DNA of 64,000 nucleotides from Rubripirellula sp. (GTDB lineage: Bacteria > Planctomycetota > Planctomycetia > Pirellulales > Pirellulaceae): positions 5,632,001 through 5,696,000 of the forward strand of contig OZ244207.1 in the NCBI GenBank assembly GCA_965216875.1, in the 5' to 3' direction. The translations under genes were made by a program, and so were the position numbers. Below the pieces are notes generated by a model, which saw only the letters and a list, made by a program, of their open reading frames with translations, ran no database searches and had not been told where the DNA came from. This document shows positions 39,881 through 50,907 of this stretch, one piece after another (positions within the stretch are counted from its first letter, which is position 1; every line of letters begins with the position of its first letter).

Positions 39881-41185
39881 TTGAGCATCCCACAAACCTG
39901 CGGCTCTGTTATGAATCCTGCGAAGACGAAGGTCTCGCGAGAGGTCGGTGCGCGCCGATGCGTTAGCCAACTCGTGAAGGACCACACCAACTATTTCAAT
40001 TACCCAGCAAGCAACGATCGTTACCACCGACTTGTCCAAGCCGTTCATGAAAAGACGGCTTTGCTAAGCTATCGACGTCTGCGCGGAGGCGAGCAGATTC
40101 TCTCGCACGAATCGGTTCTGCGCGCATTGCACCAACTTTCTGGTTACCGGCGAGAGTGGGTCCGTTCGCCCGAGACCTTCGTTCCGAGCGGAACGTCGAG
40201 CCTGCACCTTCAATGGGCTGAGTTCCTTGGTCACATCATCGAGGCTTACCCGACGCCCCGTTTCTTCGCCTTCAATTGGCTGAATTCGGAATACTGCGAT
40301 CGTTTGAGGAAGCTGCACTTTCACATTGCGGGTGGAGGCAGTTTGCGGCATTACGTCCTGCCGGGCGGAACACTGATCGATCGGACCACGGCCAACTACC
40401 TTTCCCGAGCGCCCCACGACGCGTCCGTCGAACAGGCGTTGCGTTGGGCGCACGTCATGGCGGCCTACCATCAACTTAACCGCGATCCCGACGCGCAAAT
40501 CGCGCGGCTCATGATGAAACTCGCTCCCTTCAGCAGCCAAGTGGATCATGAGGTTTTTTGGCGGGGGACATCCCGTTTCATCGCCCGCCATGAACTGGGA
40601 TCGCAAGAAGTCGTCAACCTGGTGCTTATGGCAACAGACGTACGCTTCAAACCGGGCAACGAAACCTTTCCCAATACCGCCCTTGATCACCCGCTTGATT
40701 CAAGGCTGTGCATCGAAGGCCGAACACTTCCGGACGTTCAAAACCTCGTTCGAAACTGGAAAGAGATCTATCTCGATATCCATCGCGACAAATTAGTTCG
40801 CCGCCACCGTCGCTTTGAACCTTGGGGCAAGTTGGATATCAAGGATGGGCATTTTGGGTCGCATGAGGAGTCTGATTTTTGGGAAATCGTGCAACTGTTG
40901 ACCGCGCATGATTTGCAACTTGAGGGTCAAAACTTGAAACACTGCGTTGGTTCCTACGTTCGTAGTTGTCGCTCAGGAAACTCTTCGATCTGGTCGATGC
41001 GACGCTGGTGCAGCGGACAGATGCGTCGCTACCTGACCATCGAAGTAGACCCCAAGGAACGTGAAATCGTCGAGGCTTTAGGACAATGCAATCGTCTGCC
41101 GCGCACGCAAGAGATGGCGATGGTCCGATCCTGGGCTCAAGAGGCTCAACTCAAGGTCGCTTCTTGGGTAGGACCGGGTGATTAG
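39881..41185 (+). CDS. PcfJ-like domain protein
   Basis: C-terminal 'LQLEGQNLKHCVGSY...SSIWSMR...LTIEV...GQCNRLP'; start may be 39911. Confidence 0.75.
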   Translation: MSIPQTCGSVMNPAKTKVSREVGARRCVSQLVKDHTNYFNYPASNDRYHRLVQAVHEKTALLSYRRLRGGEQILSHESVLRALHQLSGYRREWVRSPETFVPSGTSSLHLQWAEFLGHIIEAYPTPRFFAFNWLNSEYCDRLRKLHFHIAGGGSLRHYVLPGGTLIDRTTANYLSRAPHDASVEQALRWAHVMAAYHQLNRDPDAQIARLMMKLAPFSSQVDHEVFWRGTSRFIARHELGSQEVVNLVLMATDVRFKPGNETFPNTALDHPLDSRLCIEGRTLPDVQNLVRNWKEIYLDIHRDKLVRRHRRFEPWGKLDIKDGHFGSHEESDFWEIVQLLTAHDLQLEGQNLKHCVGSYVRSCRSGNSSIWSMRRWCSGQMRRYLTIEVDPKEREIVEALGQCNRLPRTQEMAMVRSWAQEAQLKVASWVGPGD

Positions 41186-41268
41186 CGTTTGTTGCCTGGA
41201 TGGTGTTCGAGTTGGGAGGTTCCAGCTACGCTGGTGGGTTTGCTACAACCTCTCGATGGCGCGACCCC

Positions 41269-42807
41269 ATGCTCCGAAAGATAATCATCGCGATCCTGGC
41301 GATCGTTTCGATTGCCAGTGTCGATGCAAACACTCGCGCGCAAGCCTTGACGCCCAACGCGCACTCATCCGTGGTTCGCGTCTTATCCATTCGCCGTTCG
41401 CATAACTTAGCGACGCCATGGGAACGCAACGCCCCTGTTGGCGTCGCGGGGGCAGGCGCGCTGATATCGCCGACTCAAGTCTTAACAAACTATCGGTTCG
41501 TTGCCGCCTCGACAAAAATTGCGATCCAGCTTGGTGACGATGCTTCTCAACTGACCGGACAGGTAACGGGCAGCGCACCGGGACTCGACCTAGCCATCGT
41601 CACTTTGGACAAGCCGATCAACTCGATCAAGCCAATTGAAATTGCGGAGGACCTACCCACCGCAGCGCTCCCTGTCGAAATCCACGGCTATTCGGGAAAC
41701 AGTAAGCAAGCGGTCGTTAGCCGAGGAACGATCGCGAGGTTGGAGTATGTGGCCTACAAGTACCGCGCAGCAGGTCTGCGACTTCAAATCCAAGCATCAA
41801 CGACGGCAAACAACACGAGTGGGCCCGTGATCGCAGACGGTAAGCTTGTCGCCCTCGGCTTGAACGACTTGACGACTCAAAGCAAAGTCGCTCTTGCGAT
41901 TCCCGCAGTGGAGATCAAGACGCTGCTAGCCGATCTCGAGGACGGAGAATATCACGGCAAGCCACGGATGTGGAACCATTTTCAAACCCTCGAATCCCCT
42001 GCAATGCGAATGTGGCTGAAAATGCCAGAGGATGCGACCGGCATCAAGTATGGTTCCAGTCAAATCCCAAGTGCGAACTCGCCGTTGAAGCCAAACGATG
42101 TTCTCACACACGTTGGCCGGTACCCGATCAACAATATGGGGATTGCCAAGATTAGCGATACGTTGCAGCTGTCGTACGACTACGTCGTCGAGAAAGAAGC
42201 GGTTGCCCCAAAGGGCCAGGGGACGGTTGATGTCAAAGTCCTTCGTGACGGCAAACCACTCGATTTGAAAGTTCCGGTTACCAGCGATCCTCACTTCTTG
42301 ATTGCCTATGGACTTGATAATCCACCGACCTACTTCGTTCACGGGCCACTTGTCTTTGGCGTCGCGGTCACCGAATACCTCGACTCGCTTGATGCCTTCA
42401 TGCGTCAAGGGGGAAAGACCACTGTCGCGATTCTGCAATTGACTCGCTTGATGGAATCCCGAGAAAACCCGTACATCGTGCGTCGTCGTGAGCGGGTTAG
42501 CGAGCCTGGCCAACAGTTGGTTGTCATCACTCAACTGCTAAAACATGAAACAACCAAAGGGATGGCAATCGCGCTCCCGAGCGTGGTGCGGTCCATCAAT
42601 GGAAATCAAGTCCAGAATATCCGTCACGCTGCGGAGTTGATTGGTTCGATCGAAGACGACCAGCTCGTCATTGAGCTCGATGATGTCGTCAACACGACGC
42701 TCGTGTTTGACCACGACGTATTGAAAGACGCGCAAGCAGACATTCTGAAATCGAACGGGATCAACGCCCCGGTGTCCGAGAATCTCGCTGACCTGTTTTC
42801 GAAATAG
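41269..42807 (+). CDS. Secreted Deg/HtrA-like protease homolog with PDZ domains, catalytic residues altered
   Basis: Signal peptide; 'LTNYRFV', 'DLAIV', 'ANNTSGPV'; PDZ 'LKPNDVLTHV...VLRDGK'. Confidence 0.75.
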   Translation: MLRKIIIAILAIVSIASVDANTRAQALTPNAHSSVVRVLSIRRSHNLATPWERNAPVGVAGAGALISPTQVLTNYRFVAASTKIAIQLGDDASQLTGQVTGSAPGLDLAIVTLDKPINSIKPIEIAEDLPTAALPVEIHGYSGNSKQAVVSRGTIARLEYVAYKYRAAGLRLQIQASTTANNTSGPVIADGKLVALGLNDLTTQSKVALAIPAVEIKTLLADLEDGEYHGKPRMWNHFQTLESPAMRMWLKMPEDATGIKYGSSQIPSANSPLKPNDVLTHVGRYPINNMGIAKISDTLQLSYDYVVEKEAVAPKGQGTVDVKVLRDGKPLDLKVPVTSDPHFLIAYGLDNPPTYFVHGPLVFGVAVTEYLDSLDAFMRQGGKTTVAILQLTRLMESRENPYIVRRRERVSEPGQQLVVITQLLKHETTKGMAIALPSVVRSINGNQVQNIRHAAELIGSIEDDQLVIELDDVVNTTLVFDHDVLKDAQADILKSNGINAPVSENLADLFSK

Positions 42808-42858
42808 ATCAGCGTTTGAGCTCGAAACGAATCCCTCAACCATCGACTTTGCAGTTCG

Positions 42859-44463
42859 TTGAATATCCCGCTTCTACTACGTGTGCTCGGCATTGTCTGT
42901 CTGCTGATCGGCGGATCGATGAGTTTCAGTTTGCCGTTTGCGTTTCCCGCATTATCGGCGCGCACCTACCTGCCAGCCGCCGATTCGTTTGAAGCCGCCG
43001 GAGCTCGCGGTCTGCTGCTAAGCATGGCGATCAGCATGCTGGTCGGCGCCGCGCTTCTTGCGATGGGTCGGCGACATCGTGGTGGCCCGCTTTATCAAAA
43101 AGAAGCGATGGCGATCGTTGGGCTCAGCTGGGTGCTGGCAACCGTCTTGGGTGCACTTCCCTACTATCTCAGCGACACCTGTTTGCGTCCCGACCAACCG
43201 GTGACGTTCGTGGAAGCGATGTTCGAGTCCCAGTCAGGCTTTAGTACAACCGGGGCCACGATCTTGACGGACCTCGAAGACGACCATTCCGTCCCGCATT
43301 GCATTCTGTTCTGGCGTTCTTGGACCCATTTCCTTGGTGGTCTTGGAATCGTCGTTCTTTTCGTCGCCATTCTCGGACAAGGTTCCGCGGGCAAGGCGAT
43401 GATGCGCGCCGAAATGCCAGGTCCCACAAAAGACGGCAGCATGCCGCGCATGCAACACACTGCACTTGTTTTCGCCGCGATCTACGTCGGTTTGAACGTG
43501 ATCCTGGCGATCATCTACATGCTCGAAGGCATGTCGCCCTTTGACGCGTTATGCCACGCTTTCGGAACGATGGCCACGGGCGGCTTCAGTACCTACAACG
43601 CAAGTTTGGGTCGATTCGACAGCCCCGTGATCGAATACACAACCATCGTGTTCATGATCCTTGCGGGCACCAACTTCACACTTCTCTATTTGACGCTACT
43701 GGGCGGCCCCAAGAGGCTGTTTCGTGATGTCGAGTTCCGCACCTACATGTTCATCTTGGTTGGCGTGACTGTCGGCGTCATCATTCTTGGAATGCGCGCA
43801 GGCGACGATGGTTTCGATAACTTCTGGAGCAGCCTGAGGAACGGTTTTTTTCAAGTCGTGTCGGTAACCACGACGACCGGTTATGGAACAGCCGACTTTG
43901 ACAACTGGAATAATTTTGGCCGCGGGATTCTTTTGCTGCTGATGTTTGTCGGGGGCTGCGCGGGCAGCACCGGCGGCGGCATGAAGGTGATTCGCCACAT
44001 CCTCTTTTACAAGATTCTGCGATCCGAAGTCGAACGGGCCCATCGCCCGCGTGTGGTGCGCATGATTCGTATCGGGGGTGCCACCGTCGATGACCCCAAT
44101 CTTGCCCACGCGATCGTTGTCTATTTTGCGATGATCCTTTCCATTTTCGTCTTCGCTTGGCTCGCGTTGATCACGTTCGAGCCGAATCAGACTTGGAGCG
44201 GCGAAGAGGCCTCGACGATTCAACGCGTTGAATCCCCCGCGCAAGAGCGAGCTGCCGATGATGAATTGCTCGACGCCGCCAGCGCCGTGGCCGCGACCCT
44301 AAACAACATCGGCCCCGGTCTTGGTGTCGTCGGTGCGACCGAAAATTATTCGCGGTTCAGCCAGGGGGCCAAACTCCTATTTGTCTGGCTGATGATGCTT
44401 GGCCGCGTCGAAGTGTTCAGCGTGCTGGTCCTCATTTTCCCAGCATTTTGGCGACGGGTTTGA
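42859..44463 (+). CDS. trkH: TrkH potassium uptake permease
   Basis: 'FESQSGFSTTGA', 'ATGGFS', 'TTTGY', 'GGCAGSTGGG', 'NNIGPG', 'MMLGRVE'. Confidence 0.93.
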   Translation: MNIPLLLRVLGIVCLLIGGSMSFSLPFAFPALSARTYLPAADSFEAAGARGLLLSMAISMLVGAALLAMGRRHRGGPLYQKEAMAIVGLSWVLATVLGALPYYLSDTCLRPDQPVTFVEAMFESQSGFSTTGATILTDLEDDHSVPHCILFWRSWTHFLGGLGIVVLFVAILGQGSAGKAMMRAEMPGPTKDGSMPRMQHTALVFAAIYVGLNVILAIIYMLEGMSPFDALCHAFGTMATGGFSTYNASLGRFDSPVIEYTTIVFMILAGTNFTLLYLTLLGGPKRLFRDVEFRTYMFILVGVTVGVIILGMRAGDDGFDNFWSSLRNGFFQVVSVTTTTGYGTADFDNWNNFGRGILLLLMFVGGCAGSTGGGMKVIRHILFYKILRSEVERAHRPRVVRMIRIGGATVDDPNLAHAIVVYFAMILSIFVFAWLALITFEPNQTWSGEEASTIQRVESPAQERAADDELLDAASAVAATLNNIGPGLGVVGATENYSRFSQGAKLLFVWLMMLGRVEVFSVLVLIFPAFWRRV

Positions 44464-44597
44464 CGTTTTCTTGAGCCTAGTCATTGGTGAATCGACCGGT
44501 GCCCGTTTGGTGCCGGATCGCTGGAGCTCCCGAGAAGGCCTCCCGTTCGATTGCCGACTGCTAGAATGACTCTGGTCCCTCGCTCCTCGGAAATGTC

Positions 44598-46091
44598 ATG
44601 TTTGGCCGCACGCTCATATGCCTCATCGCCGCTGTGATCGCTTTTGGCAACGCAGCCAATACCCCCGTATTGGCGGACGATGGTCTCGCGCGACGTGCCG
44701 TCATCATCCAGTTCAACGAAGACATCAACCCGCTCAGCGGAGAACTTCTCAAACGCAAGTTCGAAGAAGCCGTCGACTCTGGCTATGACGTCATCATTCT
44801 TGACATTCACAGTCCCGGTGGTTGGACACTCGTGACACTCGAGTTGATGGACATGGTGATGGATGCCAAAGAGGTCGAGACCGTTGCGTTTATTGAAAAG
44901 GAAGCCATCTCGGGTGCGGCGTTGCTTTCGCTTGCCTGTGACCGAATCGTGATGTTGCCCGGCGCACGCATGGGTGATGCTGGCGAAATCGTGATGGGTG
45001 ACGATGGCGCGTTTCGATACACCGACGCGAAGAGCCGTAGTGCGCTGGCTCAGCGCGTTCGCGATACCGCAAACGCAACCGGTCGCCCTCTCGCTCTCGC
45101 CGAAAAGATGGTCGACAAAGACATGGTCGTCTTTGAGGCGACTCACAAATCCGACGGCACGACGCGGTACTTTTCGGACAAAGAATGGGAGTCCTTTGAA
45201 CAGGCCGACCAATGGGAGCGTGGCAAACCGGTTCGAGAAGCGGGCAAGGAAATGTTCTTCATCACCAACGGAGAACGAGCTGTCGAACTCGGCATGGCCG
45301 ACGAGATCATTGATAGTCGCAGCGACCTCGCTGAAACACTGGGCGTTGATTCGCCGATTCCCGTTCGCGAACGCACGATGATCGACACATTGATCTTCGT
45401 GCTCAACAGTTGGCCCATCACGTTCCTGCTGATCATGATTGGGTTAGTCGCCCTCGTCTTTGAACTCAGCGCGCCTGGCTTGAGCGTTGGCGGTCTGATC
45501 TCAACCTTCTGCTTCAGTCTTTTCTTCTGGAGTCGCTTCTTGGGCGGCACGGCCGGCTGGCTCGAAGTCACGTTGTTCGTGGTTGGACTCGCGTTTATTG
45601 CAGCGGAGATTTTTGTGATCCCCGGCTTTGGCGTCGCGGGAGTCGGCGGGATCGCCCTCATGATCACCTCGTTGGTCATGGCGTCGCAGCGTGTTCTCGT
45701 TCCCGAGAACACGGCCGAGCTCACCAACTTGGGCTACGACATTCTCACCGTTGTCGGAGCGTTCGTAGGGTTTCTAATTGCGGTGACGCTTTTGGCCAAC
45801 TACATCGGCGAGATTCCGGGTTTGAGTCGGTTGACGTTGAAGCCGCCGGTCGGGTTCGAAGATGAAACGGCATTAAGTGCCGAGGCACTCGCGGAAATGC
45901 CCGGCTGGCAACGTGTTGAAATCGGTGATGTCGGCGTCGCCGTTTCACCACTTCGGCCGAGCGGAAAAATGCAGGTCGAGCAATACATGGTCGATGTGGT
46001 GACCGAAGGCGACTTTGTCGAAAACGGCTCCCAAGTACAAGTTGTCAACAAGCAAGGCGCGAAAGTCACGGTACGAGCGGTCACGGTTTGA
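44598..46091 (+). CDS. nfeD: NfeD-family membrane serine protease (ClpP class)
   Basis: 'IHSPGG', 'AISGAA', TM region 'EIFVIPGFGVAG', C-terminal OB fold 'LRPSGK'. Confidence 0.85.
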   Translation: MFGRTLICLIAAVIAFGNAANTPVLADDGLARRAVIIQFNEDINPLSGELLKRKFEEAVDSGYDVIILDIHSPGGWTLVTLELMDMVMDAKEVETVAFIEKEAISGAALLSLACDRIVMLPGARMGDAGEIVMGDDGAFRYTDAKSRSALAQRVRDTANATGRPLALAEKMVDKDMVVFEATHKSDGTTRYFSDKEWESFEQADQWERGKPVREAGKEMFFITNGERAVELGMADEIIDSRSDLAETLGVDSPIPVRERTMIDTLIFVLNSWPITFLLIMIGLVALVFELSAPGLSVGGLISTFCFSLFFWSRFLGGTAGWLEVTLFVVGLAFIAAEIFVIPGFGVAGVGGIALMITSLVMASQRVLVPENTAELTNLGYDILTVVGAFVGFLIAVTLLANYIGEIPGLSRLTLKPPVGFEDETALSAEALAEMPGWQRVEIGDVGVAVSPLRPSGKMQVEQYMVDVVTEGDFVENGSQVQVVNKQGAKVTVRAVTV

Positions 46092-46146
46092 CCTCTGCAA
46101 GCGGCCGAGTCAAACCTTGCCCAAGACTGCGGATCAGTTTGTTTTC

Positions 46147-47064
46147 ATGGACGCCAACGCAACGAGAACAGGCGCTTCGATGTCGAGCACGGCAAGAGTG
46201 ATCGACGGCGAGGATGATCCGCCACCTCGATTGCTCAATCTACTCTGTTCCGATCAACAACTTCAGCCGACGGTAAGCTTCGTGCTTGGCATCCTTGGGG
46301 TGTCCACGTTTGCCATCGCAACCTCTGCCGCCGCCGGCGTCTACATTGCGGCGATCAGCCAACAATCGCTGAGTGTGGCCAATGCGATGGTCGCGATTGT
46401 GCCGCTGACCGGAACCTACGTCACCGTTTTGCTGTCGATGCATTTGATTGGCGGTTGTGGTCTGCCGGTCACCGTGCGTTTGGCGCTCATCTATGGAACG
46501 CTTTATTTGAGCCTTGCTGTGCTGCTGGGCAACTTCGAACAACCGGCACGGTCTCTCTACGTGCTTTACGGTGCTTCGTTTTGCGCCGGAAGTTTCTTGC
46601 TGCGTTCCTATGGCAACTTTAGCGTCCATGGATGGAAACAGAACGATCACATCGACGGTAGAATCACGACGCGTGGTTTGTTGGACATCACTGCTGCGAT
46701 CGCGCTGACACTGTGGATGTTTCCGCCGCTTGAAGAGACCCCCTTAAGCGCTTACTTGTGCTACCTACCGGCCGCAGTCTTAAGCGGGGTGATGGGGCTT
46801 CATGTCTGGGTACGCTTGACGTCGCTTTCAACCGACTCGACCGATCATGCGAGTGGATCCGTGCTGTGGATTGCAGGCAACCTGTCACTGGTTTGTCTCT
46901 TCTGGGTTGCCCTTGCGATCGTGGTCGACGATTCCATGATGCGAGCCTTCGGCTTTTTCTCATCAGCGATCGTCGTCTTCGCTGCGCACTGGTGGACAGA
47001 GATTCCGATTCGATGGCTGAAAGCGTGTGGTTGGTCTTTGACGCGAATCCAACAGCTTCCCTAG
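46147..47064 (+). CDS. Multi-pass membrane protein
   Basis: ~8 hydrophobic segments. Confidence 0.6.
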   Translation: MDANATRTGASMSSTARVIDGEDDPPPRLLNLLCSDQQLQPTVSFVLGILGVSTFAIATSAAAGVYIAAISQQSLSVANAMVAIVPLTGTYVTVLLSMHLIGGCGLPVTVRLALIYGTLYLSLAVLLGNFEQPARSLYVLYGASFCAGSFLLRSYGNFSVHGWKQNDHIDGRITTRGLLDITAAIALTLWMFPPLEETPLSAYLCYLPAAVLSGVMGLHVWVRLTSLSTDSTDHASGSVLWIAGNLSLVCLFWVALAIVVDDSMMRAFGFFSSAIVVFAAHWWTEIPIRWLKACGWSLTRIQQLP

Positions 47065-47127
47065 ACCAATGACGCGTTCGCGGATCATCGCAAGCAAGCT
47101 GCCACTGCCAGCCCTCAACGACAAGCG

Positions 47128-47559
47128 TTATGTGCGACCTGCTTGCATGTTGAGTTCGTCAACCTGTTCGTTCAGCGTCAGTGTGTCGTAGATGTAACCA
47201 ATCCCGAACAGCCCACCGGTCAATAGATAGATGATGCCGGTGACGATCTTGCCCATGTACAAGCGGTGGATCCCGAAAATCCCCAGAAAGAAATGCAAAC
47301 ACCATGCAACCGTGTGATCAATCGGCCCGCGAGTCGACCGCTGGTTGGCTTGTTCGGCCATCTCGGGAATGAAGAACAAGTCGATGATCCATCCGATCAA
47401 AAACAAACCGCCGGTGAAGAACCACAGAACTCCTGTCCAAGGCTTTCCAAAGTAAAAGCGATGAGCTCCGAAGATGCCTAGCAACCAAAGCAGGTAGCCG
47501 ACGATCGCAGGATGTGTCGGTGCAGCAACGTACGTGGGGGCGTATGCATGTTGATTCAT
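47128..47559 (-). CDS. TM2 domain protein (two repeats)
   Basis: 'GIFGAHRFYFGK' and 'GIFGIHRLYMGK'. Confidence 0.85.
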   Translation of the reverse strand: MNQHAYAPTYVAAPTHPAIVGYLLWLLGIFGAHRFYFGKPWTGVLWFFTGGLFLIGWIIDLFFIPEMAEQANQRSTRGPIDHTVAWCLHFFLGIFGIHRLYMGKIVTGIIYLLTGGLFGIGYIYDTLTLNEQVDELNMQAGRT

Positions 47560-47739
47560 GGCGGAGGCAGCGGAGGCGTGCATGGAACCAAAGGTCTCGC
47601 TTTGAGCTGAGTTGTAACCGTTTTCTAGAAGCGTGTTCGCCAAGTCTGACCCATTCTTGGCAAACATCTGCTTGCCAATGGTCGATAAAGCCGATAGTGT
47701 ACAAATCACCACCATCCGCAAGCCTTCCTATCGGCCGGC

Positions 47740-50700
47740 ATGAAGTACGTCGAACTCCACTGCAAAAGCAACTTCTCGTTCCTCGAAGGCGCATCGCATC
47801 CTGATGAGCTGGTCGAGCGAGCTGCGGAGATTGGGTACCAGGGCCTCGCGTTGACCGACCGAGAATCGGTCGCAGGCGTCGTCCGTGGCTACACGCCTGC
47901 GAAAGAGCTGTGCTTGAAATACATCGTTGGCACGGAAATTCATCCCATCGACACGCCACCGATGGTGCTGTGGCCAATCAACCGGTCGGGATATGGACAA
48001 ATGTGCCGGCTGATTTCGCGCGGGCGCATGCGAGGGGAAAAAGGAACCTGCCAGCTTCACTGGAAGGATGTCGTCGAGTTCAGTGAGGGCCTGATCGCGG
48101 GTGCTCTGGTCGACGAGTGTCCCGGTCAGCTTTCACCGGATCAACTTTCATCCGATCTACTTTCACCGGCACGGTGGCTGAGGCAACCGTTTCGAGATCT
48201 GTTTGGCGACCGCGGCTACCTCATGTGCGAACTTCACCGTGGAGTCGACGATGCGTTAAAAGTCGCAAAGCTTCGTGAGCTGTCGCTCAAGACCGACGTA
48301 CCTTTGGTCGCCGCCGGCGGCGTTCACTACCACACCGCCGACCGCATGTTGATGCATGACTGCGTCACGGCGATTCGCAACGGCGCGACCATCAACGACG
48401 TCCACGGCGAGCGGTTCGTCAACAGCCAACGACACTTGCGATCGCTTGCTGAAATTGAAGACATCTATCGCGACGTTCCCGATGCCATCGCACGCACTGT
48501 CGAAATCGCCGACCGTGTCACGTTTCAATTGGATCAATTGCGTTACGAGTATCCCGAAGAGATTGCACCGCCGGGGATGACGTTGATCGAGCATCTGCGT
48601 CGATTGACTTGGGAAGGAGCCAAGCAGCGCTGGCCCGAGGGTGTTCCCGAACGCGTCTTGGAAATGCTTCGCCACGAGATCGCGATCATCGAAGATCTGC
48701 AATACGAAGCTTACTTTTTGACCGTTTGGGACTTGGTTCGTTTCGCGCGTGAACGAAACATCTTGTGCCAAGGTCGCGGATCGGCTGCCAACTCGGTCGT
48801 CTGTTACTGCCTCGGCGTCACCAACGTTGACCCGAGCCAAACCGATTTACTGTTTGAACGTTTCATCAGCCGCGAACGCGACGAAGCTCCTGACATTGAT
48901 GTCGACTTTGAGCATCAACGTCGCGAAGAAGTCCTTCAATACTTGTACGACAAATACGGGCGTGATCGTGCCGGCATGACGGCGACGGTAACAACCTATC
49001 GCAGCAAAAGCGCGATCCGCGAAGTCGGCAAATCGTTAGGGGTTTCGGCTGACGTGATCGACACCATGAGCAAGCTTGCCGGCAACGATGCAAGTTTTGA
49101 AGAGCGCTGCCGCGAAAGTGGACTCGATACCGAATCAACCGTCGGCCAGCGGTTCGTCTATCTGGTGAAAACGCTTGTCGGGTTCCCACGTCACCTGTCG
49201 CAACACGTTGGCGGGATGGTGATGACGGCAGGAAGCTTGTGTGAATTGTGCCCGATCGAGAACGCGGCAATGGAAGACCGCACAGTGATCCAATGGAACA
49301 AAGATGACCTGGACGAACTGGGCATCTTAAAAGTCGATGTGCTGGCGCTCGGGATGCTATCGGCGCTCCACCGCTGTTTCGACTTGGTCGCCAAACATCA
49401 CGACCGATCGCTTTCTTTGTCAACGATCCCGCAAGACGACGCGACGACCTATGACATGATCTGTCGTGCCGACACGATTGGCGTATTCCAAATCGAGAGC
49501 CGTGCGCAAATGAGCATGCTGCCGCGACTACGGCCGCGCTGCTATTACGACTTGGTCGTCGAAGTGGCGATCGTTCGGCCTGGTCCGATCCAAGGCAACA
49601 TGGTGCATCCCTACTTGAAGGCGCGACGAGACCCCGATTCCGTCGTTTACCCCAGTGATGCGATTCGCGGCGTGCTCGAAAAAACACTTGGTGTGCCGAT
49701 CTTTCAAGAACAGGCGATGAAGCTGGCCGTCGTCGCGGCTGGGTTCACTCCCGGCGAAGCCGATCAGTTGCGTCGTGCGATGGCGGCCTGGCGACGCCCT
49801 GGAATCATCGACCGTTTTCGAGTCAAACTTCTCGAAGGCATGAAAGCCAACGGACTTACCGGCGAGTTCGCGGAACATGTTTTTCATCAAATCCGCGGCT
49901 TTGGCGAGTATGGTTTTCCTGAGTCGCACGCTGCAAGTTTTGCACTGTTGGTCTATGCGTCGTGCTATCTCAAGTGTCACTACCCTGCTGCGTTCTGCGC
50001 GGCAGTCTTGAACAGCCAACCGATGGGCTTTTATGCGCCCGCTCAATTGGTCGACGATGCAAAGAAGCATGGTGTTCCTGTCCATCCTGTTGACGTCAAT
50101 CACAGTGATTGGGATTCGACATTGGAACCGCGCAAACGCAAGAACCGCCCGGCTCTGCGACTTGGCTTGCAGACCATTCGCGGCCTTCCCCAAGACGAGG
50201 CGCTGCGAATCGTCCAAGCGCGTGCCAATGGTGGAACGTTTCGCGACATGGGCGATCTCGTTCGCCGAACGCGACTTGGAAAACCTGTCCTGGCAAGATT
50301 GGCCGATGCGGATGCGCTTCAATCGCTCTCGGGCGATCGGCGTACCGCGGTCTGGCAGTCTCTTTCGCTCGAGGACTCACCTGGCAAACAGCCCTTGTTC
50401 GAGGACACCGACGACGATGAACAAGTTCCCGAACAGTTGATTCCGATGTCATCGCTTGAAGAGGTCTATGCCGATTACAACACGACCGGCTTGAGCCTCA
50501 AGTCGCATCCGATCGCGTTTGTTCGACATGAGTTGAACAAGCAGCGCTGTGTGACTGCGGCTCAATTGCCCAACCTGCGTGACGGGCGCCATGTTCGTGT
50601 CGCTGGGCTCGTGCTACTACGTCAACGACCTGGTACAGCCAAAGGGATTACCTTTGTCACGCTCGAAGATGAAACAGGAACGGTCAACCTGGTTCTCTTT

Positions 50701-50868
50701 GCAGCCGTCTGGAAACGCTTCTTTCGCGTGGCGCGGACCAGCAACACTTGGCTGGTCGATGGCAAACTCGAAAACCGCGAGGGAGTGATCCATGTGATCG
50801 TCGGACGAATCACCGACCTGGGCGACGAAATCGATGGCTTAGCCGTCAAGTCTCGCGACTTTCGCTAG
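47740..50868 (+). CDS. dnaE2: Error-prone DNA polymerase III alpha, DnaE2
   Basis: PHP 'SNFSFLEGASHP', 'GRGSAANS', 'PDIDVDFEH', 'PRHLSQHVGG', 'GFPESHAASF', terminal SRDFR. Confidence 0.96.
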   Translation: MKYVELHCKSNFSFLEGASHPDELVERAAEIGYQGLALTDRESVAGVVRGYTPAKELCLKYIVGTEIHPIDTPPMVLWPINRSGYGQMCRLISRGRMRGEKGTCQLHWKDVVEFSEGLIAGALVDECPGQLSPDQLSSDLLSPARWLRQPFRDLFGDRGYLMCELHRGVDDALKVAKLRELSLKTDVPLVAAGGVHYHTADRMLMHDCVTAIRNGATINDVHGERFVNSQRHLRSLAEIEDIYRDVPDAIARTVEIADRVTFQLDQLRYEYPEEIAPPGMTLIEHLRRLTWEGAKQRWPEGVPERVLEMLRHEIAIIEDLQYEAYFLTVWDLVRFARERNILCQGRGSAANSVVCYCLGVTNVDPSQTDLLFERFISRERDEAPDIDVDFEHQRREEVLQYLYDKYGRDRAGMTATVTTYRSKSAIREVGKSLGVSADVIDTMSKLAGNDASFEERCRESGLDTESTVGQRFVYLVKTLVGFPRHLSQHVGGMVMTAGSLCELCPIENAAMEDRTVIQWNKDDLDELGILKVDVLALGMLSALHRCFDLVAKHHDRSLSLSTIPQDDATTYDMICRADTIGVFQIESRAQMSMLPRLRPRCYYDLVVEVAIVRPGPIQGNMVHPYLKARRDPDSVVYPSDAIRGVLEKTLGVPIFQEQAMKLAVVAAGFTPGEADQLRRAMAAWRRPGIIDRFRVKLLEGMKANGLTGEFAEHVFHQIRGFGEYGFPESHAASFALLVYASCYLKCHYPAAFCAAVLNSQPMGFYAPAQLVDDAKKHGVPVHPVDVNHSDWDSTLEPRKRKNRPALRLGLQTIRGLPQDEALRIVQARANGGTFRDMGDLVRRTRLGKPVLARLADADALQSLSGDRRTAVWQSLSLEDSPGKQPLFEDTDDDEQVPEQLIPMSSLEEVYADYNTTGLSLKSHPIAFVRHELNKQRCVTAAQLPNLRDGRHVRVAGLVLLRQRPGTAKGITFVTLEDETGTVNLVLFAAVWKRFFRVARTSNTWLVDGKLENREGVIHVIVGRITDLGDEIDGLAVKSRDFR

Positions 50869-50907
50869 CGACCCCATGCAGCTACTAGAACCCTCCGCTG
50901 CAAAGCT

